Positions 25,427-39,295 of a DNA stretch of 64,000 nucleotides are shown in pieces. Within the stretch, counting starts at the first letter, position 1. Every line of letters starts with the position of its first letter. Below the pieces are notes generated by a model. That model had not been told where the DNA came from. It ran no database searches and saw nothing but the letters and a program-made list of their open reading frames with translations. Location of the stretch: the NCBI RefSeq assembly GCF_001194135.2, contig NC_068984.1, positions 58,932,953 to 58,996,952 on the forward strand, given 5' to 3'. A program made the position numbers and the translations under genes. The DNA comes from Octopus bimaculoides (taxonomy: Eukaryota).

Positions 25427-26292
25427 ATATATACAAAGCGAAGGAGAAAATTTTGAAAATAAGAAATTGCTCATGAAAGGTTCAACTTGTAGTTTTATCA
25501 GTATGTAAGCATGTTGTCTTTGAGAGGTACCAAATTATCTTGTTGTTAACAACTTCTTGGTGGGATGCTACATAGTGTTGTTAGTACCATGATTTTCCAC
25601 AAAGCATACATTTTCAAATATGATATTTTACTCCTGTTAAATCAAACATTCTACTCCCCTTTGCAATGCTATTTGGAATTTTATTTATTAATTTTTTTTT
25701 TTCTTAACCTGAAATGATAAATATTATTTTGAATAGAAGTAGGCAAAAAAATAACTTTGAAGAAACCGAATCATCAAGAGCATCTCTGTCACTACAACCT
25801 CCTCCTCATCCCTTCAACATATTGACAAGCACAAAAAGAAAAAGAAGCCGAATCAAGAAGGAAAAGAAGATAAACTTGCGGAAGCAGAAGTGGGGGAAGT
25901 GAGAGAAGGAAGAACAAGACTTTAATTTTAAATATTTATAGTTGTATTGCTTAATAGTGAACAGTTGAGTTCATGTCTACAAGTATATCATCACATGTAG
26001 GAGAAATGTTGCATATTTTCTTTTCTGATTCCTTGTTGTTTACATATACTTCTTAGCATCAATGAATCCATTGATATGCTGGCCAGAATAGTTTGTTTAT
26101 TACTGTGAAAAGAACAGTAGTAGAATGAGTAGAAAATCAGACTAAATGCTATGTATTAATTTTACTTTGAACCATCTGTGGTTTGAGTTCAAATCCAATC
26201 AAAGTCACTTTCATTCATTTCTCCAGAGTGATGTATTGCATTAATCTAATCAACTATTCATCTTCATGAAATTTTGTAGTCTTTATCTATTC

Positions 26293-26419
26293 CACAAATC
26301 CTTACTATGACAAAAGTAGGTTTACTATCTGTTGTGTGTTGATCAGGTCTTCAACTACTTCTTGCGAATTAAGAGCTCAAATATGCTGCATGAGCCAAAC
26401 ATTTGACTTGAAAACAATG
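26293..26419 (+). repeat. 127-bp inverted copy of 23307-23433
   Basis: Reverse-complement match with 3 substitutions; flanks unrelated. Confidence 0.92.
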
Positions 26420-26904
26420 CATTACTTCATTTCACGCAATTGTTGAAAACAAGTACCAATTCATTTGGTAATCTTAGCTATGACTGACTGATGTCCTCCC
26501 CATTGGGAGAATTATTTCTCATTCATATTTTGCTATGGAACTATACCTAAGTATTGACTCTTGGAGTCCCTCTTTTATCTAAGGCAATATTGAAATTTAC
26601 TCACATTATTTATAGACATATTTATATTTTATAATTTTATATCACAATTGGTGAACAATAGCATCACCGATGCTTACATATTTCCAGGAAGCTAATTACT
26701 TGGTTCATTGTATGTCTCATAGTGAAAGTGACAAAGAATGTCTGTGACTCAATGTAGAAGAAATGTTGCAACAGACTCCATTTAAAAAAGACTGGTTTTT
26801 ACAGTTTTCTTGACAATGGTTATACACTTTTCTAAAAAGCATTGGTGAATGACATGCAAACACATACACTATATTTATATATATGTATGTATGTATATGT
26901 ATGT

Positions 26905-26949
<45 letters not shown>

Positions 26950-28486
26950 NNNNNNNNNNNNNNNNNNNNNNNNNNNNNNNNNNNNNNNNNNNNNNNNNNN
27001 NNNNNNNNNNNNNNNNNNNNNNNNNNNNNNNNNNNNNNNNNNNNNNNNNNNNNNNNNNNNNNNNNNNNNNNNNNNNNNNNNNNNNNNNNNNNNNNNNNNN
27101 NNNNNNNNNNNNNNNNNNNNNNNNNNNNNNNNNNNNNNNNNNNNNNNNNNNNNNNNNNNNNNNNNNNNNNNNNNNNNNNNNNNNNNNNNNNNNNNNNNNN
27201 NNNNNNNNNNNNNNNNNNNNNNNNNNNNNNNNNNNNNNNNNNNNNNNNNNNNNNNNNNNNNNNNNNNNNNNNNNNNNNNNNNNNNNNNNNNNNNNNNNNN
27301 NNNNNNNNNNNNNNNNNNNNNNNNNNNNNNNNNNNNNNNNNNNNNNNNNNNNNNNNNNNNNNNNNNNNNNNNNNNNNNNNNNNNNNNNNNNNNNNNNNNN
27401 NNNNNNNNNNNNNNNNNNNNNNNNNNNNNNNNNNNNNNNNNNNNNNNNNNNNNNNNNNNNNNNNNNNNNNNNNNNNNNNNNNNNNNNNNNNNNNNNNNNN
27501 NNNNNNNNNNNNNNNNNNNNNNNNNNNNNNNNNNNNNNNNNNNNNNNNNATATATATATATATATATATATATATACTGCACAGTTTTCATCCACTAACT
27601 TCAATGCGCAAGCTATAGTCAACCTGGTTTTGTGGTAAAATAATGCTTGCCCAAGATTCCAGGCAGAGGGATCAGACTTGACTGCTTTAACATACGCAGC
27701 CATGCCTGTGTCAATATGTTCATTACTTAAATTAATTGAACTTTCTGTTTTACACAGCATTTTTTTCTTATACTTTCAACTCATATATTTGCAAGAAAAG
27801 TTTACTGCATTCTTCTACTTGCTGAGAAATAACAAAATTTAAATGAAAAATAATCTACTAATCACAACCGTATTTTATAACTTCTACTTTCTGTACCATT
27901 AGCTCTATGAAATCAAATTGCAGACCTAATAAGAAACTACCTTCAGTTTTAGAATTTCTATATCTTATCAAGCTGAACAACCAGCCATATATTATTAAAA
28001 TTTTATTGTTCAGTATTTTTCTGTTTCACAAACTTTCTTAGTACTTGTACAATCATAGTTTAGTTTTAATAGTTTAACATGTAAAAAATGGAATCTGAAA
28101 CAGGTGCTGGTCTGTGTTGGCCAAAATTTTACAGTGATGTTCATAAATTTGGGTAAGTTTGTTTGGTGTTGAGAGAAAGGGAATCTGATGTTCCAATGCT
28201 GTCTCTTTTTTCTGAAAGGAAAGAAATTTAGAAATTTTTCAGTTGAAATGTCACATTTCTTTTTTCCCCCACAGCATACAAACTTATCCAAACTCATGAA
28301 CTTCTTTTTCTAATAGTTTAGACTGACAATACAAATCTTATAGATCTGAATAACTAGTCGGGTGGGGATGTGTTATAGGCTATATTTGTATATATATCTT
28401 ATGAAGTTGAGTAGTTAATTGGGCACACAATTGAATATCTATTTATCATTCTCTGATAGTTGAATTGAGAGATGTGTGTGTTTGTG

Positions 28487-28527
<41 letters not shown>

Positions 28528-29454
28528 TCTAACAATTTAGCAACCAGCAATCAGTTACATATTGATGTCTATTATGTGCTATTGACTTAGTTTTTTTTCC
28601 ATACCCTTGGCAGCTGAGCAGTTAACTATTTATTGGTAAGTTTATTGATCTTCTATTGGATTTATCCTGGCTTAGATATTTAACCAGCCCATGCACTATT
28701 TGAAAAGAAAGTTGGAAATTGATTATTAGCTGTTTGGAGGAATGTTATTTTCAGCTGACAGAAACTGTGCAGCATATTAAATCAATGGAAACATATTTAA
28801 TGCTAACAATTACATTTATATTTGTTTCTTGGCTCACTTGGTGAAATAAGTTCTGTGGAAATTTGGCGGTTATTTTTCTCTTCCTTTACCACTTATTTTG
28901 TTTTTGTTTTTCTTTTTCTTTCATAACTTTTTCTTTGTTTTATGTATTTGACAATTTACTGAATGAAAAATTCCAGTTATCAAGTAATTATGTTGACAAT
29001 GTAAATTTGTGTATAATTGTCTTATCAATATATTCCCCTAGTAACTTGGCAATGTAGATTGAAAGTGCAGATGGCTGGATCATTCATGTATCAGACAGCT
29101 TATTGAGAGGTCAACAGTTCTAATCTTGTCACTAAAACTAGTCCATTAAGTGATTGTGTACGAAACCAATACAGTTCACACAGTATGGATTGTATTTATT
29201 TCATGCACAATTGCTTAATGGGCTAGTCAACCTTGCTATAAGTAGGTACTGCAAAGTGAAATAATTCACTGTTGTAAGTAGCAGTACTGAGATCAGCTTC
29301 TATTGTGAGAAAAATTACCTGTAATAGATTTATCTTTCATATGCTAAGCACTGCAGTAACATCCCAGTACATTGTAGATGTCTGAGGTGACTGCATTGAC
29401 ATAACTGGATTTCTTTCTTAATTCCAAGACATGAATATAACCTTCTAAAGACCC

Positions 29455-29620
29455 ACCATAGGCAGTGAATTGGCTGAATTGTTAGATCATCTGATAGAGT
29501 ACTTTGAGGTACTTGGTTCTGTCTCTTTACATTTTGAATTCCAAACCCACTGAGATCAACTTCACTTTTCATCCTTCCAGAGTTAGTACAATAAAGTAAC
29601 TTGCAAGTACTGAGGACAAC
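29455..29620 (+). mobile_element. SINE family B
   Basis: GGCAGTGAATTGGCTGAATTGTTAG head...TTCATCCTTCC... Confidence 0.65.
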
Positions 29621-29624
29621 TTAA

Positions 29625-29980
29625 CCCTTTAGCATTCAGATTAAGTTATCAAATGTAATGCTTATTTATCCACATTTTAAAAAATTAATCATNNNNNNNN
29701 NNNNNNNNNNNNNNNNNNNNNNNNNNNNNNNNNNNNNNNNNNNNNNNNNNNNNNNNNNNNNNNNNNNNNNNNGCATTCAGATTAAGTTATCAAATGTAAT
29801 GCTTATTTATCCACATTTTAAAAAATTAATCATGTAGAATCTTAACGCTTCAAGATTTTGAAAATGTGATTGTTTATTTTTAGAATGACATTGTAGGTAG
29901 GTGTAAAAGGCAGGACCTGGTTTCAATACAAAGTAAAGAGAATATTTGGGCCGGATATGGTCAGTTTAAATGCTAAAGGG
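29625..29980. mobile_element. piggyBac-like MITE spanning an assembly gap
   Basis: TTAA|CCCTTTAGCATT...AATGCTAAAGGG|TTAA: 12-bp perfect TIR and TTAA TSD. Opposite orientation to the 1739 copy. Confidence 0.8.
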
Positions 29981-31621
29981 TTAAACCTCTGGTAATGGTA
30001 TCTCCTATGCTTTTTCAAGATAGAAACTATTGCTTAGAATCTGAAATAAATCGTCTTAGTGCTTCAAGGGTAGATTAGGATATGCACCCTAGCCTCATAA
30101 TATTCCTGTGAAGATCAGTGACCTCCAGGGGTTATTAGCTTTGAAAGACATTGTGTCTAGCATACATGGACAGAAGCTGAAGAAAGCGGTGGAATAAAAG
30201 AACTACATGAACTACTACTCTTACTACTATTTAATAGCATCCTTAGCAAAGTTATTTAAGTTGTAATTTTTGCCTCAGCTGACTTCAAAAGCTTGTCTGG
30301 TAAAGTGACTTAAAGTGAGAACCAGGAATCCTGAAAGTTTTAAGGAAAGACAGGTGGAGCCTGCTACTCTTTATATTTGCTTGGTCATTAATAGGATTAA
30401 TGAAGCAAAGGACTTCAGCTAAAATTCAAAATTGATTTTCAGCTATACCAGGAATAGTAACAACAACAATAGTAATTGATGAGAAGTGATATATTTGAGA
30501 ATGACAAGTAACAATAGTACAAACTTTGTGTAAACAAACATCCCTTATACTGAATGCATAACAACAATTACAACTTCTAGTAACAGCGGCAAGCAACAGC
30601 AGCTGTTTTCTATACATACACTAGCCCTAGCTATTGTGAAATACAACTTTCCAGCTTCTCTAAGTTAAGATGCCTCTAACAAGAAATTAAATAAAAATTT
30701 GCAACTATATTTATGCCATTGTTCTTTGTCTGTAAAAGTCACCTACTTTCAAGATATCAAGGTGTGTTACTGGTAGGGTAGAGTGCTGCAATTCATAGAT
30801 TACAAGTATTACCAACTGAACTCTTTATTATTTATAAATAGTAGAGATACAGCAAAAGTCATAGAAAACTCCACATAGGGACTACATTTTTTCACTACCT
30901 AGAATCATGAAGATAATGCCAATGTTACAATAAATTGTCTTAATCTTATATATTTGAAGGAGAATCATGTTTTACTTTTGCTGGTAGACATTTGAATTAT
31001 CAGAAATGTAAATGCATTCTTTTATTCTTTTACTAAGTTTAAGTTTCTGGACTGTGATTTTCAGAAAATTATATGTCTCCTCCAGTATTTAGGTACTTAT
31101 GTTACCATAATAATGACAACAAAAGGCAAAACTGACTTGACTAGAAAAAGACATGACAGGGATGGAAGCCAAATGCAACAAGATGTTTTACTTTGAAACA
31201 CCAACTCAGCCATCTCTTCCTGATACACACATGCAAATACATGTACATATATGTGTGTATGCATATATACATCAAACAGGCTTGCACATTGTTTCCATCT
31301 ACCAAATTTTATTTACAAATCTTTTGTTGATCCAAAGTTATTTACCCAAGTTTTTTTTTAATAGGACCAAATCTAAAATTATACAATTACAAAGCCAGAC
31401 ATCAGATATAAACATAACTCAATAAACACAATAAAAGTAAAAATATAAATGCAAAAAGATAAATTTAGAAATTGCAGTTTAATTATCTCCATGTTATTAA
31501 CTTTGGATTATGCTTGAAGTCCCAAATGTTTCGTACCCAAATTTAAACATTCCAGACTTTTTCTTGTTTCAGTGATTGGACTGTGACCATTGCTGGGGTA
31601 CCACCTTACAATCTCAACACT

Positions 31622-31626
<5 letters not shown>

Positions 31627-31654
<28 letters not shown>

Positions 31655-31655
31655 C

Positions 31656-31722
<67 letters not shown>
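31627..31722. repeat. Compound (TA)n-(CT)n-(CA)n microsatellite
   Basis: Directly visible. Confidence 0.95.
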
Positions 31723-31724
<2 letters not shown>

Positions 31725-31734
31725 CATGTATATG

Positions 31735-31870
31735 ATGGGCTTCCATGCAATTTCTATCTACCTAAGCCTCTCACAAGGCATTGACCTGTGGCTACAGCAG
31801 AAATCACTTGCCCAAGGTGCTGCACTGTAGGACTGAACCTGAAACCACCTGTAGTTACAAAGAAACTTCT
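31735..31870 (-). mobile_element. SINE family A
   Basis: ACTTGCCCAAGGTGC...GGACTGAACC is the reverse complement of the core and B-box. Confidence 0.75.
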
Positions 31871-31938
31871 CAACCACTCAGTTATTCCTGTACCATGTTT
31901 AGTTAGAGTTGTTAATTAAAAGTACACAAGTTTTTGAC

Positions 31939-31980
<42 letters not shown>

Positions 31981-32499
31981 CTTGTGCCTGAAAGTATGAC
32001 AGGTTAAGTTGACCTTGGCGGAATTTGAACTCAGAATGTTAAGATGGACAAAATACTGCTAAGCATTCTGCCTGGTATGCTCACAACACTACCAGCTTAT
32101 TATTTTGGTTTTATATTGACATTTTACACTTGACTGATTTATTTTCATTTATGTGTCTGACAATGACCATCAGTGTGTCACTGTGTGTATATGTACATGC
32201 ATGTATGTATGTGTGTGTGTTTGGTTAAATAAATTCTGCATAGGTATCTATCAATTAATGAAATATCAGTTGTACAAAAATCATGATTTTTTTTCTTTTT
32301 TTTTTTTTAATACTTAGTGAAGAAATAGTCTGAAAGATTTTCATTTCATGTTGTATTTTTAATTTTCATTTCATGTATTTCTAATTCTTACGCTTCCATT
32401 TCTTCATTCACTTGTTTGTTAATCTAAATGAATGTGCACACAAGCTGTTCAATAATCTTTAAGTGTAAGCTACTGAATATTCTACAGACATATATATAT

Positions 32500-32760
32500 A
32501 TATTTGTAGGCAGAATTAGTATGACTTATTGTGCCAAGGTAAGGCCTGCATATTACAGTTATAGTCCATCCAACAGGCTTCTACACAATTTCCATCTTCT
32601 AAAATTTACTCTTAGTCTTTTCTATCGTTATTGCCACAGGAAGTGCTCTGATGAACTTTCTCTCTTAGCTCCAGATCACTTTGTGCCATCTCACTGGCTT
32701 GAAATTCACAGCATCTTCTTCCTAATGCTGCTATGCTTCCATGAATAAGGAAGTCTTTCT
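32500..32760 (+). mobile_element. Jockey/CR1-group LINE ORF2 C-terminal remnant
   Basis: Frame ...SLFYRYCHRKCSDELSLLAP resembles the conserved LFYRYYxGxCSxEL motif near the end of such ORF2s. Confidence 0.55.
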
Positions 32761-33149
32761 ACACTCTCTTCCATCCCATTGTTTTCCTCATTCTTATGAC
32801 CTGAACTCTTTCATGTCTAAAGTAACTTCATTCCCTTCATCTTAATTTCTCCTTCTTTATAATCCCTTACACTAAGGTGTTTCTTACCCTGTTTGGAACT
32901 TTCTTTAAAAAGGGGTTACATTGGCCTGATGCTATTAAAATAAATACTTTCCCAAAATACAAACAAGGATTTTTGTGATTTGCAAAGTGAACTTCTTAAA
33001 CACAGATCTCTTTTTTTTTTTTTTCATTTTTTAAGAAACATTTCATCCTGCTTCTTATAGCTTTTATAAGTTAGGGTTTTAAATGGTTAATATTCTAAAT
33101 TTATATACAATTATATGGCTACTCATATTCTGAAATTCATTTAGCTGTA

Positions 33150-33545
33150 AGCACAGGTATGGTTGTGTGGTTAAGAAGCTTTGTTTTGCGACCATGTGGC
33201 TACAGGTTTGGTCCCTGGCATGACACCTTAGGCAAGTCTCTTTTACTAAAGACCCAGACTGACTTATGCTTTGTCAGTGAAGTTGGTAGACAGAACCAGT
33301 TTGAAAACTCATCATGTGTGTGTGTGTGTTTGCTTCTTTTGTCCACCTCCACCAAAACTTAATAACCAGTGTTGGTTTGTTTATATCACCATAATTTAGC
33401 AACTTGGCAAAAGAGACCAATAGAATAAGTACCAGGCTTACAAAAAAAAAAAAATACTGAGATCCATTTGTTCAGCTAAACCCTTCAAGGCAGTGCCCCA
33501 GCAAGGCTGCAGTCCAATGAATAAAATTTATGAAAGATAAAAGGT
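33150..33545 (+). mobile_element. SINE family A, full length with tail type 1
   Basis: Head, core and (TG)n, then AATAAGTACCAGGC...CCCCAGCA...GCAGTCCAATGA tail. Confidence 0.8.
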
Positions 33546-34004
33546 AACAATATCATTAAGACAACAAACTTATTGGTAAAGTTAACTTTTAAGAGTTCAC
33601 TCTTGATGTTATCTTACGAGTGAGGAGACAAAAATGAAATGTGTTCATGAAGAAACATTTTAGTTAATCATGAGAAATTATGGCAATGCCTTGAAATCAA
33701 AGAACTTTAGGCACATTCTTCACTAAACATTAGAAACAAAATCATTAATTTAAAGTGTTTTTGCATGACTAACATTTTGTTAGTCAATGAATATGGAATG
33801 CTTGTACAATATTTATTTGATGAAAGATATATTTTGATAAATATTGTTAGACAGTATCTATAAAAATAACTCATTCAAGTGTGAAATGTTGTCTTCAGTA
33901 TGAAACTGAAATATAAACTAATATTTTAAACAATGTGAAACTTATTGCAATGTATTAAAATCCTAAAACCAAAGTGCCACATAAAAAGCATTGGTGTTTG
34001 TGCA

Positions 34005-34170
34005 AGTGCTGCATTAAAATCCCCCAGTACTCTCTGTAAAGTGGTTGGTGTTAGGAAGAGCATCCAGCTGTAGAAACCATGCCAAAACAGACTATGGAAC
34101 CTGATGCAGCCCAGCCTTGTCAGTTCTTGTCAAGCCATCCAACCCATAACAGCATGAAAAACAGGCATTA

Positions 34171-34203
<33 letters not shown>
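34005..34203 (+). mobile_element. RTE 3'-end fragment with (GAT)n tail
   Basis: GTGGTTGGTGTTAGGAAGAGCATCCAGCTGTAGAAAC...CCAACCCAT...(GAT)n matches 19490-19640. Confidence 0.8.
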
Positions 34204-35924
34204 AGAAATATACAATGGATTGTTATTGTTTAGCCCATGGTCTGTTCTGATCTAGCAGACTTGTGATCGAAATCATTGCAGCGATGACCATTTCATCTTT
34301 ACAGACAATTTATCTCTGACTATATTTTATCTAATATGTTCTTCCCTTTTTTAAAAAGGTGGTAGGGTATGACTTGAAGAAGATTTCACTGCTATTTCAT
34401 GTGTGCCAACCAGATGCACAGAGAGATTACGTAACCTCTATGGTTTAAAAATCAAAGACAAGTACAAGTCATAATTTTTTTTACTGAAAAACAATCCCTT
34501 CTGAACTGTTGGAAAACTCAGAGTCTGTCTTTTCCCCAACTCTGGTGGCCTGATACAGATTGTAGAGTATATAGTCACCAGATACTTCAAATACTGGCCA
34601 TTAAATAGCAAACATAATTTGACCAAACCTGACCAATGATGATAGTGTTGCAGATCTAAACAAAAATATGTGTGAATATATTCTTAAGTTTACATATTAA
34701 GCTGTATCCTTGAAATCCTGGGGGTCAATTTGTTCGACTAAAAACCCTTCAAGACTGTGCCCCAGCATAGCTGCAGTCAAATGGCTGCAGTCAAATGACT
34801 GAAACAAGTAAAAAATAAAAGATATCGTTTTTAGAAGTGGATTCTTCTTTTAGTGTTGTCATTGTTCATATCTAGGTATTGTTGTAGTATTTGATCACAT
34901 TCTTCTTTAGTTACCTTCTTTAGTCGACTTTATGTTTGATGTTTTTGGTTGTCTTTGTGTTTGGCCATATCTTTCTGCATCTGTTATTTTTTTCTTTTCT
35001 TGTTTTTTAGTTCCATTCTCGCGCTCTGCCTTTTGGTTTCCTAAAACTTAGTTCCTCATTGAGAAGATGTTCTAAAATTCTTTCATATTCCATAAGCTAT
35101 ATGATCATAAACCTCAATCTGCTATGTCACAATAGAGCTTCTAATGTTACACCACTGATTAACTCAAAAACCTCTAACATCATTCTCATAGTCTGTCCAA
35201 GATATATACAAATTTGCTGAAAATACTCCAACTATCCTATAAGGGTTTCTTTGCCATTCAATATCATTCTTTTTGTATACACATCATATGGTCTACATTC
35301 TGAACTAAAGTACCACAAACAGAAACAGGACATTATTCTGCTTTTGTGCAGTATATTAGCAGAGTTATTTGAGTGTATGGTATTTATTCCAGCTCTCTGC
35401 ATCCCAGGTTTGACCCCTATTTTTATCCTTTCAGGGTCAATAAAATGAAATAGCAGTCCTGGGCAGTGGAATGATGAATTTGTTAGTGTTGGGTCAGACA
35501 CTTTATGGTATTTGTTCCAGCTCTTTGTATTTTGAGTTCTTGGGTGGTAGACTTAAAACCACCTGGTCCTTAGGTGCCTTTAGCAAAGTTCACTGTTTCA
35601 AAGCATTCAGGCTAATATATGATTTGAAGATAATTTCCTCCCTTTCTTCAACAAGTCTTGGAAGCACTGAAGAAACTCAAATGTCTTGGATGCTACCTTT
35701 CCTCCTCCTTGACTAAACAGTGAAAAATAAATTTAACTAAAGGATATAACCACCTTAATTGCAATGCATAATGAACCAAAAATATTCCACATCTAATGAA
35801 TCCTCAGAATATCCCTACCTTTTTTTAAATCTTTGACTGTACAAACTGTTGATTGTTGCAGTGCATGTGACATTTTGCTCAAAATATTTAATATCTTTCT
35901 TGTTTCATTCACCATACAGACATG

Positions 35925-36505
35925 ATTGTGTAGTAAGAAGCTTGCTTCCCCACCACATAGTTCTGAGTTCATTACCACTGTGTGGCATCTTGGGCATGTG
36001 TCATTTGCTACAGCTCTGGGACAACCAAATCCTTGAGAGTGAATTTGCTAGATGGAAACTGAAAGAAGCAAGTTTCCATATTCTTATGTCTGGATTTTGT
36101 TTGAGGTCCCAAACGTTCATGTTGAAATTTTAATGTTTTAGACTGTTTTTATTTGCTTCATTCATTGGAGTGCAACCATGCTGGGGTTTAGTTAAACCTT
36201 GAAGGGTTTAAAGTCTGGTATTATCAGTGTATTTCATTGAACCACTATATTGTGTGTGTGTGTGTGTTTCCTTGTCTTGGCATCACAGGATAGTTGTAAA
36301 TAGTTGTCACTGTCATGCAAGCAGTGTCATTCATTTCCAGTATCTCATGAGAAAATGTCTGGCCATGGGGAAATATTATCTTGCTTAGGAACAGGTGCGG
36401 GTTGGTTACAGGAAGAATATCTGGTGGTAGAAAATCTACCTCAAAGAAACTTCATCCAACCCATGCAAGTATGGAAAAGATGACATTAAAATGATGATGA
36501 TGATA
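35925..36505 (+). mobile_element. SINE family A head (35925-36072) and an RTE-like 3' tail (36250-36505)
   Basis: Head and core as in 20921. Downstream GGGTTGGTTACAGGAAG...TCCAACCCATGCAAGTATGGAAA...(GAT)n resembles the RTE 3' end. Confidence 0.6.
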
Positions 36506-37908
36506 GTTGTATTGCCTACATTAAATTGCCTTTTACTTACTCTCTTCCCACATAACAGTGAGAAAGAGATTTATTTTATCTGATAGATGGCTCCTTCTAT
36601 CAGCTAATATACAAGACTTAGGAAATGAGTTTGGCTTCTAAATTACAAAAAAAAAAAATTACTGTTTCTCTTTGCTCTCTTCATTCTCTTTCTTTCTCTT
36701 TCTCTTCATGTTGCTCTGCCTCTTCCTTTCCTTCTCTCTCATCTCTCTCTCTTCCTTTTCTTTGTCTCTATTTCTCTTTCTGTCTCTCCCTCTCCTCTCT
36801 TCCTTTTATTTTCCTATCGCTGTCTTTCCTTCTCCCTTTCTCTTTGTTTCGCGTGAACGCACACTCTCACTCTCACATAATATTTCTTATACTTAAAAAA
36901 AAAATATTGAAGAGTACCAATTAAGAATCGTTTCCAGTTTAGATGTATGTCTCCATTTTCTTTTTATTCATGTGTGATGATATTTCCATTTTAAGATATC
37001 TTCAGATATATTAATTCCATTATATTCACTTACTTTATTCTTGGAGTTGAAGCTGTTAGTCAATTTTTTTCTGATTATAAATTAGGTGAATTGACTTTAT
37101 TTGCATTTAATATCATTAACTTTGTGCAGAAAATCATATTTAACTTTGCCTCTTTTTACTTGGATACAAATTATTTTGATTAAAAAGGAATTATTTTGAT
37201 TAAAAAATGATTATTCTTTCACCAATTAATATCTTTTCTACATATAAATCCCACACACTTGATTACTGCTTCAGTTTCATTAGGAATTTGATAAATTAAT
37301 TTTATCAAGCTCTTCTTTTAGTTTTGGGGTATATTAACACAGTTTTTGACCAGTCTTTTACTAACTAACATGGTTCAGTAATCACTTCAAAAGATGCTGT
37401 CTTCAAAACTTTGGCATTGCTTCTTTCTCTCATCCTCCCCACCTTTCTCTCCCTCTACTTTTTCTAACTCCACTAAAGAAATCTGATCTTAAACTGTGGG
37501 TCAAAAAACTATATATATATATCTCTTACGTGTTTCAGTCATTGGACTGCAGCCGTCCTGGGACACAACCTTGGAAATGAATGACGCCACTTGTATGACA
37601 GTGACACACATTTACAACCAATGACACAATGTCAAGACAAGGAGAGACAAACACTCACATGTACACACATGCACACACACGCACACACACACACACATGC
37701 ACACAATCCAAATTGAGCAGCTTCAGTCGCTAACTGTGAGCCATGTAGAAACTATCAGCTTATCAAATTTCTTTGCAACTTCGATATGAGAAAATGTGCG
37801 TAACTCTGGATGCCAATAAATTATTATTGTATGTTATCATGTACAATCTACTTTTTGTTCTCTATACCTGCCAGTCATGCTTACCAACTTCCTACACTCA
37901 GATCTATA

Positions 37909-37954
<46 letters not shown>

Positions 37955-37957
37955 CAT

Positions 37958-38002
<45 letters not shown>

Positions 38003-38004
38003 AC

Positions 38005-38118
38005 AAGCATCTTCCAGTTTCCATCTACCAAACTCACATACATTTGGTTGGCCCAGGGCTATAGTAGAAGATGCCCAAGGTGCAATGCAGTGGAACTGAA
38101 CCCTGCCATGCCTGTGCC
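38005..38118 (-). mobile_element. SINE family A, partial
   Basis: CAGTTTCCATCTACCAAA...CTATAGTAGAAGA..GCCCAAGG...ACTGAACCC. Confidence 0.7.
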
Positions 38119-39295
38119 TACATTTATTTTTTTATTCAAAGAATGTTAACTCGGTTCTTTTTAATATAAACTCATTAAACTCATTGTGGCTTTCTTGAAT
38201 TTATTGTCTTTCTTCTTCACAGAGAAAACATTAAAAGAAAATAAAATAGAAAACATGTGTCTGCATAGTGCAGAGACCATAAAGCAAAATGGCACATAAC
38301 TGTACCTTTTACACATAAATACAGTAAAATAAATTTTAAATGTGTTAGACTTGTATTTGAAGTGTGTTGAATGATATTCATTATAGTCCAAAATTAGTTT
38401 TTACTCAGCCACATTAATATTTTATTAAAATGAAATTTGCTAAAATCTTATAAACTCAGAGAAGTTGCAACCATAGAAATAGCAAGAAAACTCAGAAATT
38501 GAAAGCAAGGTGATATTTACAATTACCAATAAAGAACATGATACAGCAAACCCTGGTACAGATATTATATTCTATCGGCTGTTATGTAGTCAATTCTCAG
38601 CTCATTTTTCATGCTAGTGGTAGTGGGGCTGGAATGACTTCGTAAATATCACAGTTTTTTCATATTTTTTTATTCCTTAACTCAAGGATTTTGTATCTAA
38701 TAGAACAATTTTAATTTTCTGTTTGTTATGAATGTGTAACTTAAAATATACTAGAATTTTTTTCACTTACTTTTCATGATTAAAAATATTGTTTTTTAAA
38801 TCTCAACAGAGATATGCAAATTTGAACAAACTAGAATTATTCTTTGAATCACATACATATTAGTCACAACACTTTTCACCAAGAAACAAAAATTACAAGC
38901 CTTTAGAAACTTCCTCCCTGCCTATTACTTCCCACCAATTACAAATCTGCCGCTATTTCAAAACAAATCTTCCCTGTATTCACCCCACCCAGTTATTATC
39001 CTCTAATGAAGAGTGTGAATAAAAGCTGTGTTTGCTTGTCATTAACTAACATATAAATTACCATTCAGCTAGTTAATTGCTGAATGTTCCACTCCCTCCC
39101 TGGTAATCCTATAGGCCTACAAAATAAAGTAAATTCTCAAATGAGATGCAGTTTGCCTTGTCATATGATATCAATCAATAATATTTGAGATGAGAAATAT
39201 GTGACTAGACCAGAAAGACTATATCCAGCTGGTTGGATCTTCAGGCCATTTCTGTGTATTTAACTGATTATTCCCATGCCACAGAGTTTGATTAA

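Noticed and set aside
26717-27760. Long ORFs of 150-350 aa (also 22148-22728, 60735-61768, 19011-19560)
   Set aside because: They are open only because they run through N gaps and (AT)n tracts.
29629-29833. ~60-bp direct repeat on either side of the 29693-29772 gap
   Set aside because: Identical sequence abutting both gap edges is typical of unmerged contig overlap; probably an assembly artefact.
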